A stretch of DNA of 59,612 nucleotides, filler included, from 8 parts of 8 records of this genome joined end to end with filler, not necessarily neighbours in it, one strand, 5' to 3'. Counted from the whole stretch's first letter, positions 40,222-50,628 are shown. Notes: a model not told the origin generated them from the letters alone. Numbers and translations are program-made.

Positions 40222-40222
40222 G

Positions 40223-41035
40223 TTAATCTTCAAGGTTGTTGTTTGAATCCAACCAGCTTGTGTGAAAAAATTCAGCCATCTTTTCAGCAATAAATCTGAT
40301 AAATTCCATATCATCTTCATTGAAGCGCGACGAGTCCTTTTTGTTGATAAGTTCCAGAACACCAAAAGTTATTCCTGTTTCCATTGACCTTATGGGGGCA
40401 CAGATAATTGAGGATGTGTCATATCCTATCTTTTCGCTAATCTCCTTAAAGAATCGAGGGTCTTTATGAACATCACCTACAGCTATAAAACATGCATGCT
40501 TTGCAGAAAATCCTACAAGGCCCTGTCCCACACTTACTTTTATTCCACAAACATCGTCACTTTTAGGTCCTCTACAGGAAACAAACTGAAGGTCTGTTGA
40601 ACTAAGATCTGATTTTGCATAACTACCGCTTTCGCTTGGAATATACTTTAATGCAAGATCCAGAAAAAAATCATAAGCTTCTTTTTCGTTAAGGTCCCAG
40701 GCATCCATTGCGTCAGAAAAGAGATTTGCAAGCATCTCGTCCTTTCTAGAAATGGACGGAGCTTTTTCTTTTTTCTCTTCAACTTGGATCGGACTCTTGG
40801 TCAAATCAAGCTCTCTGACTACAAACTTTTTATTTGATGTGGTGTCCGTAACAAAAATCGAGCCATCATCCTTAACGTCACAGATAATATTTGTCATGTC
40901 ACCAGCCATACCTAGTCCAGACAGTGCAGACTCCAGAGCACAAAACCAGTTTGGACCCTCTTCTCTAACCACAACTTCCTTGTTCCCCTGCCCCATTGGG
41001 ACCAGAACTTCAAATTTAGTCATTTTTTCCTCCAA
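40223..41035 (-). CDS. GAF domain protein with small N-terminal domain
   Basis: GQGLVGF...DVHKDPRF..EISEKIGYDTSSIICAPI...GVLELINK...FNEDD. Confidence 0.85.
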   Translation of the reverse strand: MEEKMTKFEVLVPMGQGNKEVVVREEGPNWFCALESALSGLGMAGDMTNIICDVKDDGSIFVTDTTSNKKFVVRELDLTKSPIQVEEKKEKAPSISRKDEMLANLFSDAMDAWDLNEKEAYDFFLDLALKYIPSESGSYAKSDLSSTDLQFVSCRGPKSDDVCGIKVSVGQGLVGFSAKHACFIAVGDVHKDPRFFKEISEKIGYDTSSIICAPIRSMETGITFGVLELINKKDSSRFNEDDMEFIRFIAEKMAEFFHTSWLDSNNNLED

Positions 41036-41092
41036 TCACTATTATCTTCAACTGGGGCATTGTCACATTTTTTCGAAAAAAAATCAAAAGAT

Positions 41093-41653
41093 TTATTCTT
41101 TTTCGGGCTTTATCTTTACTTTCCCATCTTCAACATAGACGTTGAACTTGAACCTGTCTCCAACTTTCTTGCGAATATCATCTATTCGTTTTTCCAACAT
41201 TTTTGACACAGCTTCCTTTGAAACATTTTTTCCCGAGAGTTTTCTATTTGCTTCTACATATTTTGCTGCCGCCTCATCAATTACAGACGCTGCACGGAAA
41301 GCTCTGTTGTCTTTTTCCTGTTGTCCTAACGCTCCAAAATCTTTCGCAACACTCCCAACCCCCCCAAAGAAATTCTTTCCGGGAGTCGCTCTTCCTTCCT
41401 CAATATCTCTAACTCCTTTTTCCCATTTTGTGCGATAAGTCGTGAACTTCTGCACAAAAGAAAGAACCATATACCTGTCCGCGGAATTTTTCGAATTCTC
41501 ACCACTCCTCATTAACATGCTGACTTCTCTAATCAACTTGTTAAGAGGCTTCAAAGGCGGAACTCTCTCTCTTCCGGTAAAGTAAAAGTTAAAGTCCCTG
41601 TCAAGATGTTCTATGCGAGTAATAAGACTGCTGACTGTTTTTCGAAGGTTCAT
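41093..41653 (-). CDS. MXAN_5187 C-terminal domain-like protein
   Basis: YFTGRERVPP...KFTTYRTKWEK.VRDIEEGR...FNVYVEDGKVKIK. Confidence 0.65.
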   Translation of the reverse strand: MNLRKTVSSLITRIEHLDRDFNFYFTGRERVPPLKPLNKLIREVSMLMRSGENSKNSADRYMVLSFVQKFTTYRTKWEKGVRDIEEGRATPGKNFFGGVGSVAKDFGALGQQEKDNRAFRAASVIDEAAAKYVEANRKLSGKNVSKEAVSKMLEKRIDDIRKKVGDRFKFNVYVEDGKVKIKPEKE

Positions 41654-41664
41654 CTAGTTCTTTA

Positions 41665-42522
41665 TTATTTAGGAAGGTCTAGATCTTCTATTTTAATCAT
41701 CTCTGCAGGAGTCGCGACCTTAACTGCATATACTTCCCATTGAAGTTTTCCAGTCCAATTTCCATCAATATCTCCAGCATCATATCCAGGAATAATAATA
41801 TTTTTTTCTTCACCTGGTTCAAGAGGATAAATCTCTTCGATCTGGCGAGTATAAACGATGAAAAAAGTCTTTTCAAAAAGTACTTTTACATTTTTATCGT
41901 CCATGAATTTTACAAGAACACCAATATAACTGAGATGTTTTTCAGAATTGTTCTTAATTGTTGCATCCATCATGTACTGACTTTGTCCATTAGCAAAGGT
42001 AACTTCACCGTTTCGAAGCTCTTTAACTTCGATCTTGTCCTTAAGTTCTTTTGCAGTATTGATAAGCTCAGGATCTATAGGGATCTCTATCTTTGCCTGT
42101 TTGATCTCTTCCTTTATCTGATCAATTCTTTCTTTCAGGTTGATCTGCCACACCTCTCCATTTTTCTTCGACCAAATAGTTATCCTTGCGCCGGGAAGTT
42201 TATTCATGGCAACTTTCTGGCCTGTATATTCTGTTTCAATCTGAGCCATTGTTTTGTCTTTGTTGAATTTGACTGGTTTCTTTTTCAGAAAAATAGCATT
42301 GAGACCTACATTCTTGGCATCTTCAAGAAACTTTTCCTTTCCAACGATCTTTTTAGATTCTTCATCAAGCATTTCCCATGCTTTTGCAAAATTCTTTGCT
42401 TTTAAAAGCTCAACATACTTATCCGCTTTTTTTTCTGCTTCGCTTTTTGTAACCGAGCATGAAGTAGAAAAAAATGAGAATAACAGCACCAACAAAAGAG
42501 CTGTAAAAGAAATTCTTTTCAT
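41665..42522 (-). CDS. Lipoprotein (NTF2-like N-term, FxLYD-like C-term)
   Basis: Start moved to MKRISF; signal peptide ending STSC; IKNNS.K.LSYIGV.VKFMD...PLEPGEEK. Confidence 0.6.
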   Translation of the reverse strand: MKRISFTALLLVLLFSFFSTSCSVTKSEAEKKADKYVELLKAKNFAKAWEMLDEESKKIVGKEKFLEDAKNVGLNAIFLKKKPVKFNKDKTMAQIETEYTGQKVAMNKLPGARITIWSKKNGEVWQINLKERIDQIKEEIKQAKIEIPIDPELINTAKELKDKIEVKELRNGEVTFANGQSQYMMDATIKNNSEKHLSYIGVLVKFMDDKNVKVLFEKTFFIVYTRQIEEIYPLEPGEEKNIIIPGYDAGDIDGNWTGKLQWEVYAVKVATPAEMIKIEDLDLPK

Positions 42523-42675
42523 TGTTGTCCCCGTCTTAATGTTAAAGGCTACCAAATCTTTCACAAACAGTATAAAAGAGCACTGCCTCATGTCAACAAA
42601 ATCACAATTTGTCTAAATTTATTTGAACTGAGCTCTTTTTAAAATATAATCAGGAGATCAAGGGAGGATTATAAT

Positions 42676-42960
42676 ATGAAAACCATCTTTTTTTTCTTAG
42701 CTTTTTCAGTTTTTTTTGCAACAGGCTGTAAGGTTACTCAAACTTTGCCCGCTGATGCAGTGGTTCTTGAGCAAATTATTTATGTGGAAGAAGTACAGAA
42801 AGGAACTCCTCAGACTATCCAAATGCCAAACGGCACGACTGTCACCTATAAAATGCCTGAGAAACTTCAGGATGGGCAGATCATAAAGATTCGGGATATA
42901 CCAGGTGAAAGACCGTATTACATCAAGATTCAGCTAAAGCACCGGAAAAATGAAAAATGA
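42676..42960 (+). CDS. Small lipoprotein with DnaJ C-terminal-domain-like sequence
   Basis: Lipobox FATGC; IYVEEVQKGTPQTIQMPNGTTVTYKMPEKLQDGQIIKIR...YIKIQL; RBS GGGAGG. Confidence 0.6.
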   Translation: MKTIFFFLAFSVFFATGCKVTQTLPADAVVLEQIIYVEEVQKGTPQTIQMPNGTTVTYKMPEKLQDGQIIKIRDIPGERPYYIKIQLKHRKNEK

Positions 42961-43549
42961 TCACATAGCGGCTCTTACCGGTGGAATTTCTACTGGAAAA
43001 AGCACCGTTTCTAAGTATTTTCAGCAAAATTTTGGATTTCATCTTGTCGATGCTGATAAAATTGGACACGAGGTTCTTTCCTTTCCACAAGTTGTTGCAA
43101 AGATCTCGAAAGAGTTTGGATCAAACACCGTTGTTGACGGAGTAGTTGATAGAAAGATCCTTGGGAAAATTGTCTTTGCTGATAAAAAAAAGCTCAGCAG
43201 ACTTAATGAAATCACTCATCCAATTTTGATCAAAGAAGCTTTTAGGATTTTTGAGAAACTTGAGGATAAACCGATAATTTTTGAGGCAGCCATCCTTATT
43301 GAAGCCGGTTGGCATAAGCATTTTAAAAATATCGTTCTTACAACCTGTTCACGGGAAATCCAACTTGCTAGGACTCTTGAGCGGAACTCGTTATGCCCCA
43401 AAGAGGCTCAAAGAAGAATAGACGCACAAATTACAAATGACATTCGAGCTCAACACGCTGATTTTATTGTCGATACATCACAGGGCTTAAATACTGTTAA
43501 AACTCAGCTTGACGATATCGCAAACACGCTCTTAAAGGAGATAAGATGA
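42950..43549 (+). CDS. coaE: Dephospho-CoA kinase
   Basis: ALTGGISTGKSTV, VDADKIGH, VDRKILG..VF, LNEITHP, FEAAILIE. Confidence 0.95.
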   Translation: MKNDHIAALTGGISTGKSTVSKYFQQNFGFHLVDADKIGHEVLSFPQVVAKISKEFGSNTVVDGVVDRKILGKIVFADKKKLSRLNEITHPILIKEAFRIFEKLEDKPIIFEAAILIEAGWHKHFKNIVLTTCSREIQLARTLERNSLCPKEAQRRIDAQITNDIRAQHADFIVDTSQGLNTVKTQLDDIANTLLKEIR

Positions 43550-44874
43550 GAGAAAAAACCTTCCTTGGACATCCAGCGGGACTTTACATACTCTTTTTCA
43601 CAGAACTCTGGGAAAGGTTTTCTTTTTACGGTATGAGGGCCATCCTGGTTCTTTATATGGTTGCACCCATTTCTGAAGGCGGTCTTGGCTGGAATGACGA
43701 ACAAAGTCTCAGTGTTTATGGCTGGTATGTTCTTCTTGTTTATGTGATGGCTATTCCCGGTGGATTTATTGCTGATAAATGGATCGGTCAAAGAAAAAGC
43801 GTCTATATTGGCGGCTTGCTTTTATGTGCCGGGCACCTTCTTCTTGCCTACCCTCCTGTCTGGGCATTTTTCAGCGCTCTTGTATTGATCATTCTTGGTG
43901 TTGGAATGCTAAAACCAAACATTTCAACAATGGTTGGCGGTCTTTATAAAGACGGAGATCCAGCAAAAGATGCCGGGTTCACAATTTTCTACATGGGCAT
44001 AAACATTGGCGCATTTCTTTCAAGTATTGCAGTTGGTTACCTTGCTTACAAATATGGTTGGCACTACGGTTTTGGACTTGCAGGAATTGGAATGATCCTT
44101 GGCCAGATTGTTTTTATGGCGGGGAAAAAGTACGTTGAGAATGCCGATGCCGGAATTGAATGTCAGGAAATCTCCAGAGAAGAAAAAGCTCATATCAAGC
44201 TTTCCACAAAGGAAAAGAAAAGGCTTGTTGTTGTCGGATTTTCATTTCTTATTGTTCTTATTTTCTGGGCTGCTTACGAGCAGGCTGGCGGACTTCTAAA
44301 TCTTTACACAGAAAGATATACAGATAGAAACTTCCTCGGCTTTGAAATTCCAACTGCCTGGTATCAATCATTAAATCCTCTTTACATCATGATCTTTGCT
44401 CCAGCAATTGCAGGGTTTTGGGTATATCTTGGAAAAGTAAAAAAAGAGCCTTCAGCTATCGCAAAAATGGGACTTGGAACTCTAATTCTTGGTGCAGGAT
44501 TTATTCTCATGGTCTTTGCGGCCCTTGAAAGAGAAGGTAGCGTCACTGGAAAAAGCAGTATGATGTGGCTCTGTAGCGCCTATTTTCTTCATACAGTTGG
44601 CGAACTTGCACTTTCTCCTGTGTCCTTATCTTTCATCACAAACACTGTCCCCAAGCGAATGACTTCTCAGGTAATGGGATGGTATTTTGCAGTTACCGGA
44701 GTAGGAGGATGGCTTGCAGCCAAGATCGGAATTTTTGCTGAATCAGCTGGAGAAACTACAATTTTTGGTACAATTGCCGTTTTTACAATGGTTTTCGGAC
44801 TTCTCTTAATGATACTTGCACCTGCTATTAACAAAATTGCACTTGAAAAAGACGGAGCTGATGTATGTCGATAG
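43546..44874 (+). CDS. POT/PTR family di/tripeptide:H+ symporter
   Basis: GHPAGL..LFFTELWERFSFYGMRA (ExxERFxYY), FYMGINIGAF, GELALSPV. Confidence 0.95.
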   Translation: MREKTFLGHPAGLYILFFTELWERFSFYGMRAILVLYMVAPISEGGLGWNDEQSLSVYGWYVLLVYVMAIPGGFIADKWIGQRKSVYIGGLLLCAGHLLLAYPPVWAFFSALVLIILGVGMLKPNISTMVGGLYKDGDPAKDAGFTIFYMGINIGAFLSSIAVGYLAYKYGWHYGFGLAGIGMILGQIVFMAGKKYVENADAGIECQEISREEKAHIKLSTKEKKRLVVVGFSFLIVLIFWAAYEQAGGLLNLYTERYTDRNFLGFEIPTAWYQSLNPLYIMIFAPAIAGFWVYLGKVKKEPSAIAKMGLGTLILGAGFILMVFAALEREGSVTGKSSMMWLCSAYFLHTVGELALSPVSLSFITNTVPKRMTSQVMGWYFAVTGVGGWLAAKIGIFAESAGETTIFGTIAVFTMVFGLLLMILAPAINKIALEKDGADVCR

Positions 44875-45503
44875 ATCTCAAGAAAATTGATACTGTTATT
44901 TTTGATTGGAACGGAACTCTTATTGATGATATCTGGCTTGGTGTAAAAGCTATGAATCAGATGCTTGAAAAGAGAAAGATGCCTTTAATTACAGAATCCT
45001 ACTACCGCGAGATCTTCAGGTTTCCAGTTATGGATTACTACAGAGACTTAGGACTTGATGTTGACAAAGAATGGGAACAGATCTCGTTAGAATTTATGGA
45101 TTTTTTTCTTCTGGAAGCACCAAAGGTAAAACTTCATGAAGACATAGTGGAAACACTAAAGTTTCTAAAAAACTCAGGAAAAAAACTGTGTATACTTTCA
45201 GCAATGCAGCATGAAGGACTCATTAAACAGGCAAAACACCTTAAAGTTGACCAATACTTTGATTTTATTCAGGGAATTGACAATCATTATGCTCAAGGAA
45301 AAGCACATCTGGGAGTAAAAACTGCTCAAAGAACCGGCACTCCAGTTGAAAGGATACTCTTTGTTGGAGACACCGTACACGATGAAGAAGTTGCAGAAGT
45401 TATCGGATGCAAATCCGCACTAGTTTCAAGAGGTCACAACGATCTGAAAAGATTAAAGGAAGCAAAATCTCCCGTCTATGATGATTTTTCATTCCTGAGA
45501 TAG
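44865..45503 (+). CDS. HAD family hydrolase (phosphoglycolate phosphatase-like)
   Basis: IFDWNGTLIDD, ILSA, FVGDTVHD. Confidence 0.9.
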   Translation: MSIDLKKIDTVIFDWNGTLIDDIWLGVKAMNQMLEKRKMPLITESYYREIFRFPVMDYYRDLGLDVDKEWEQISLEFMDFFLLEAPKVKLHEDIVETLKFLKNSGKKLCILSAMQHEGLIKQAKHLKVDQYFDFIQGIDNHYAQGKAHLGVKTAQRTGTPVERILFVGDTVHDEEVAEVIGCKSALVSRGHNDLKRLKEAKSPVYDDFSFLR

Positions 45504-46661
45504 ATCTGCTCGCTCAAGTTCAAACTTTTCACAACTTTTTTCCTTTGTTTGATAGATATTCTCAATTTCCATTAAAAGCTGAATACTTTTAGATAAATAC
45601 TCATTATCTTCGTCAATCTTTTCTGCAACTTTTAGGCTCTTTTTAAGAATTCTTCTTGATTTAGTAAGTAATCCTGAAACTTTTTTCCAGAGCTCACAAC
45701 TATAAACTTCTTTTTCTTCATCACCGAATCCTTCCGGAATCGGGAAAGAGACCATTTCCTGATAAAGCGTTGTGTAAAGTTTTGATGTTTCAAATATGCT
45801 CGCATTTGTCCAGTAGACAATTCCCGCCCTGATAGACCTGACATAGTGTTTCTGTGCTTCGACTATCAATTTACACTTTTCAAGCAGGCTTTTCTCGCTA
45901 TTTCTAAGTTCAAGTTCAGCAAACTTTTCACTTTCAAGAACTCCAAGAATAAAATTAGCTCTGGCGTATTCAGGATCATAGAGAAGATCTCTTCGTCTTT
46001 TTCCTCTTTTTACGTTAAAAAGCACATAGTTAACCAGTTTTTTTCCTTCTTCCTGTTTGCCACTTTTTATAAGAGCTTCACCCTTTCTCAATGCCACTTC
46101 ATACTTTTCACTATCTGTGAGATAAGAGCTTAAATGCGGGCTGTTAAGCATTTCATTTCCTTTTTTAAAAAGCTCATCCCAATTTGCTGTCTGCCGAAGA
46201 ACATCAAGCAGCAGAAAATAGCAATCCTTTCGATCTTCTGGTTTTTTAACTATTAAAATTGCAGCACCAAGATATTTGGCAGCTTGGGTCCATTCCTTTT
46301 TCTTTATTGAAATAAGCCCCATGTTAAAAAGGCTCGGAAAAACATCATAGGTCTGAAAGTAATTCTTAACAATTTTGCCATAGATCTTTTCAGCTTCATC
46401 ATATTTTGCTGAATCGAAGTAGGAATTTGCCATTTTAAAAAGAAAGTCCGGCTCTTTTTCCATATCTTCTTCCATTTCACGGATCGCCAGGTCTTTATCC
46501 GGATAAAAATAGATCTCAGGGAAAAGTATCGTCTTTTTTGTTTTCTTAGTTTTAGCATTTTTGGCGGCTTTCACTGGTTCTTTTTCTGTTTTAACATTTT
46601 TTGAAGTTGCGCAACCTGCAAAAACCGCAACTATTGAAATTAATAGAATTATCTGTCTCAA
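45489..46661 (-). CDS. TPR-repeat lipoprotein
   Basis: Lipobox FAGC; LFKMANSYF...YDEAEKIY, SLFNMGL TPR helices. Confidence 0.8.
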   Translation of the reverse strand: MRQIILLISIVAVFAGCATSKNVKTEKEPVKAAKNAKTKKTKKTILFPEIYFYPDKDLAIREMEEDMEKEPDFLFKMANSYFDSAKYDEAEKIYGKIVKNYFQTYDVFPSLFNMGLISIKKKEWTQAAKYLGAAILIVKKPEDRKDCYFLLLDVLRQTANWDELFKKGNEMLNSPHLSSYLTDSEKYEVALRKGEALIKSGKQEEGKKLVNYVLFNVKRGKRRRDLLYDPEYARANFILGVLESEKFAELELRNSEKSLLEKCKLIVEAQKHYVRSIRAGIVYWTNASIFETSKLYTTLYQEMVSFPIPEGFGDEEKEVYSCELWKKVSGLLTKSRRILKKSLKVAEKIDEDNEYLSKSIQLLMEIENIYQTKEKSCEKFELERADLSQE

Positions 46662-46679
46662 AATATCACCCTGAACCTA

Positions 46680-48473
46680 TTATTTCCCCATCAATGTAGC
46701 AACTAGAATTATGAAAACTCCTGCAAGACTTTCTCCTGCAATAATTCCTGAAGCGGCAGGAATTACATATTCTGAAAAAGCTTTTTTCTTCTTCTCAATT
46801 ATAAGAACGATCAGCGCTCCAACAAACATTGAAAGACAGTTCCAAAAAGGAATAACAAAGGCAAGTCCAATTCCCATTGATGAAGGAACATATTTGGAAG
46901 CTTTTGGAAAGACCTTTTCAATTATCGGAATGATCATGCCCACAAAAAGACCGGCAAGCATCGCAATTTTTGCAGTGATATGAAGAGCTCCAATTCCTTG
47001 ACCAAGAAGTTTTGCAACACCAGCCCATACTTGAGCGGCAGGAGCAGGGAAATAATCACTTCCAAGAACATCAGGAGTTGGGACAATGAGATAAAAAGCG
47101 GGAACAATTATGGCCGTTCCTGCAAAAATTCCAATAAACTGCGCTATGAACATTTTTCTTGAATTTGCACCAAGAAGATAACCTGTTTTAAGATCGGTCA
47201 GAAGGTCCGCTGAAGATCCTGCAATACCTGAAGTTACAGAAGCGGTCATTAACGTTGTAACCATGCTTCCGGGCTTTATCATCCCATAAAAAGCCTGTGT
47301 AACCTGACCAAGTGCTCCAACAGGAGTTGTGTCCGTTTCACCAGTCGCTCTGCAAGCTACGATCGCAAGGAAAAAAGATAAAATGATCGCAAGAATCGAC
47401 ATCCATATCGAAATTCCAAAAGAGTATCTCATAATGAAAGTTATCCCTGCACCGCCAATGAGAATTCCCCATACAAACCAACTCATTGGAACTTCTACTT
47501 TTTCAATTTCAGTAAGCTCTTTTTTCTTGAAAGAAAAAATGTCTTTCACTCCTGAAAAAGCTTTGAGAGCAACTTTCCACTGCATTAAAAAGGATGTAAA
47601 TCCGGCAGAAACCATAACTGAAGCACCAAACCAGAGACTCCAGCTGCTTATCCCTCTGTAACCAAGTTCTTTAATTATTCCAGACTCATACAAGACAGGC
47701 GCAAGGATTATATAGTTTAAAATTCCGCCAAAAAGAATGCTCCACGCCGTTCTCCAGCCCATGATGCCGCCAGCTGCAACCATAATAAGACTCGTTTCCA
47801 TTGAAACCGTATACTGAGCAAGCTTGTCTCCAAAAATAGCATAGGTATATTTTATCCATTCAAAGAAATCTCTAACAACAGTGAGACCTATTCCTAAAAG
47901 TGCAAAACCAAGCAAGCTATTTGTTTGCTTTTTACTCTCTTCACCGGCATAGAGACTTTTCAGTGTTTCAGCCGTTGCAATTCCGGAAGGAAACGGCAGT
48001 TTTTCAATATTTATCATCTGCTTTTTCATCGGTATCGCCATGACAACTCCGGCAATTCCAAGAAAGATCGTCCAACCAGTCAAAACCCAGAAATTAAGGT
48101 GTTCACCAGTAATTATAACGTAAGCAGCAATCGCACTCACCATCGTCCCACCAGTTGTGTATCCGGCAGAAGAAGCTGTTGATTTCATTGAATTATTTTC
48201 AAGAAGAGTCATGTCCGTCTTGAAAAATCTTGGAGCTATCTTTCTTAGAACTTTCCAGATACTGAAAGAAAGAACGCAGGCAGTAATTGTAACGCCTAGA
48301 CCCCAGCCAGTCTTAAGACCGATATAGAGATTGGTAAGACTCATAAAACCACCAATTATCATTCCCATGACTATCGCTCTGAATGTCAGCTGCTTCGTGT
48401 CACCCTGATAAACATTTTCCAGCCACAACCGATCCGCTTCTTCGTATGAATCCAGAACAGGAACTTTTTTCTC
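46680..48473 (-). CDS. OPT/YSL family oligopeptide transporter, 5'-truncated
   Basis: QLTFRA, NLYIGLKTGW, LENN, LPFPSG.ATAE, RATGETD, DLKTGYLLGA, FPAPAA. Confidence 0.93.
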   Translation of the reverse strand, partial: EKKVPVLDSYEEADRLWLENVYQGDTKQLTFRAIVMGMIIGGFMSLTNLYIGLKTGWGLGVTITACVLSFSIWKVLRKIAPRFFKTDMTLLENNSMKSTASSAGYTTGGTMVSAIAAYVIITGEHLNFWVLTGWTIFLGIAGVVMAIPMKKQMINIEKLPFPSGIATAETLKSLYAGEESKKQTNSLLGFALLGIGLTVVRDFFEWIKYTYAIFGDKLAQYTVSMETSLIMVAAGGIMGWRTAWSILFGGILNYIILAPVLYESGIIKELGYRGISSWSLWFGASVMVSAGFTSFLMQWKVALKAFSGVKDIFSFKKKELTEIEKVEVPMSWFVWGILIGGAGITFIMRYSFGISIWMSILAIILSFFLAIVACRATGETDTTPVGALGQVTQAFYGMIKPGSMVTTLMTASVTSGIAGSSADLLTDLKTGYLLGANSRKMFIAQFIGIFAGTAIIVPAFYLIVPTPDVLGSDYFPAPAAQVWAGVAKLLGQGIGALHITAKIAMLAGLFVGMIIPIIEKVFPKASKYVPSSMGIGLAFVIPFWNCLSMFVGALIVLIIEKKKKAFSEYVIPAASGIIAGESLAGVFIILVATLMGK

Positions 48474-48573
48474 NNNNNNNNNNNNNNNNNNNNNNNNNNN
48501 NNNNNNNNNNNNNNNNNTTAATTAATTAANNNNNNNNNNNNNNNNNNNNNNNNNNNNNNNNNNNNNNNNNNNN
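48474..48573. other. Artificial contig spacer
   Basis: N-run + TTAATTAATTAA + N-run. Confidence 0.98.
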
Positions 48574-48623
48574 TTTTGAATTTCATTCAATCTTAAACCT
48601 ATTTACTTCCAGTGCATAGTGGT

Positions 48624-49637
48624 TTATTTTTGAGTTTCAGTACCGTCATAGAAGCTGGCAAATCTACCTTTTTGTTTGTTGTGAACCTGATCTGGCCGCG
48701 GCCATGGCCATCCACCAAACCTGGTTTTTTGATAGTCGTTAAAAGCCTGTTGTATTTCAGCTTCGGTATTCATAACAAATGGACCATACTGAACAACAGG
48801 TTCATTAATTGGTTTTCCCTGTAACATTAAGCATCTGCATTTTTTGTTCCCGTTAGTAAGCATTGTTTTTTCTAATGCATCCATTTCAGCAACAAATCCA
48901 GGATATAAATCTTCATTATTTATTTTTAAATCATCTCCATCAAAAAAATAAATCGAACGGTTTACGTTGTTTTTAGCTTTCGGAATTTCCCAAACTGCAT
49001 TTTCTTCCATAAGAATATGCCAAATGGCAACTTCATTTTCAGGATCAAATGCCCAGGAATCAGGAGCCGGTTCCGGAGCTATTATATTTTCAATTTTGCC
49101 TGCGACAACATCAATTTTTGTTGTTTTACCCTTGTTATCCTGAAATGAATAAATTGGAATTTCTTCGTTCCACAACATTTTATAAAAAGGCGAGGCAAAT
49201 TTATTTTTAGCAGGAAGATTTAGCCAAATCTGAAAAAGTTCCAGGGTGTTTCCTTTTTCTTTGTTTAATAAAGGAAACATTTCGGAATGTTGCAATCCAC
49301 TACCGGCAGTCATCCATTGAACATCGCGCTTCCCGTAACGTCCTGCAGAACCATTAGAATCGGCATGATCGACAATTCCCTGCAATACAAAAGTAATGGT
49401 TTCGAAACCACGGTGCGGATGAACGGGAAAACCAGGCACTTTGTCGCCATGATACATTCGCCATCCATTTTTTGCAATAAAATCGTTTCCAATATTTCTT
49501 CCCAAAAGCGATTCATTAGGACCGAAATTTTCATTTCCTTTCGGGTAATAATCGAGGTGATGAACACAAAAAAGAAAAGGATTTTGTGTGACCCAAGGAA
49601 ATCCAAGTTTACGAATAAGTAGATTCTTTTTAGTCAT
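48624..49637 (-). CDS. Pirin family protein
   Basis: GFPVHPHRGFETIT, HADS.G, WMTAGSGLQHSE, FQIWLNLP, GPFVMN. Confidence 0.95.
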   Translation of the reverse strand: MTKKNLLIRKLGFPWVTQNPFLFCVHHLDYYPKGNENFGPNESLLGRNIGNDFIAKNGWRMYHGDKVPGFPVHPHRGFETITFVLQGIVDHADSNGSAGRYGKRDVQWMTAGSGLQHSEMFPLLNKEKGNTLELFQIWLNLPAKNKFASPFYKMLWNEEIPIYSFQDNKGKTTKIDVVAGKIENIIAPEPAPDSWAFDPENEVAIWHILMEENAVWEIPKAKNNVNRSIYFFDGDDLKINNEDLYPGFVAEMDALEKTMLTNGNKKCRCLMLQGKPINEPVVQYGPFVMNTEAEIQQAFNDYQKTRFGGWPWPRPDQVHNKQKGRFASFYDGTETQK

Positions 49638-49673
49638 ATTCAGTACTTTAAAAGAAGTAATAATATCAGCAAG

Positions 49674-50483
49674 TTAAATGTTTTTCGGTTGATAATGTCT
49701 TTTTAACCAGCTGGCAAGTCCGTCAAGTCCCGGAAATAATACACGCTCGGTAATATTTGCCTGATCGAGTTTGTCGCGAATTTCCCATTTTAATTTTGCG
49801 GGTATAATTATTCTCCGGTAAACTTCAGGGTGTGCAATTAACCAATCGTCTAAAATCGATGTGGCATCAGACATAATTGTGAAAAGTGCAAATTGATTAA
49901 CAATTCTGTCGTCAATTGAAGGAGGTTCAAAAAACAGTACATTTCCAGGGCCTGTAATTTTGTCGAATTTCTGGAGATTTGAAAATTCCGATTCCAGCAT
50001 TTCAACAGTAAAAGCATTGCATTTTTCAATCTCCAGTAATTTATTTAATGGCTTTGGCATAAACTGGTTTACTTTAACAAAATCGAGTTTCCATATTACT
50101 CCGTCGATATTAAATTTATCGGTATTTGAAGTAGCAAAATGCATGGCAATAAAAGGTGAATATGTCCAGTCGAGCAGCCGGGTTGGCAATCCATGATGTT
50201 GCGCCAGTACCAGTGAGCGAAGCTGAGTATTTGTTAAATTAGGTTCGCTCGTTCGCGCGTATTTTCTAAAATTACGTAAGATATGATATTCCAGTTCAGG
50301 GTGATTGCCACAATTTCGCAGAAAACTGTTTTTAAGCTGATAGCTGCAATCAGAAAGTCCGCGAAATGCATAATCGCTTCTGAATCTTTCCATTTGTGGT
50401 TTCCATGAATCGTGGTATACTTCATCTACCAACTCTAACCAGCTGTTAACCACAATATCGTTTGAGGTAATTTTGCAACTCAT
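49674..50483 (-). CDS. FRG domain protein
   Basis: AFRG, LAQHHGLPTRLLDWT.SP..A.HFA, RIVNQ..LF, LFPGLDG. Confidence 0.93.
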   Translation of the reverse strand: MSCKITSNDIVVNSWLELVDEVYHDSWKPQMERFRSDYAFRGLSDCSYQLKNSFLRNCGNHPELEYHILRNFRKYARTSEPNLTNTQLRSLVLAQHHGLPTRLLDWTYSPFIAMHFATSNTDKFNIDGVIWKLDFVKVNQFMPKPLNKLLEIEKCNAFTVEMLESEFSNLQKFDKITGPGNVLFFEPPSIDDRIVNQFALFTIMSDATSILDDWLIAHPEVYRRIIIPAKLKWEIRDKLDQANITERVLFPGLDGLASWLKRHYQPKNI

Positions 50484-50628
50484 TTTTTTAACGTTATTAA
50501 TTTCTGATTTTCTTTAAAATATATGGTTTTAAGTTATAAAAACAAAAAACAGGAAACCATAAAAAATGATCTCCTGTTAGTAAAATTAACTTTTGTTTTG
50601 CTAAGTGCTCTAAAACGGTATTTTTTTA

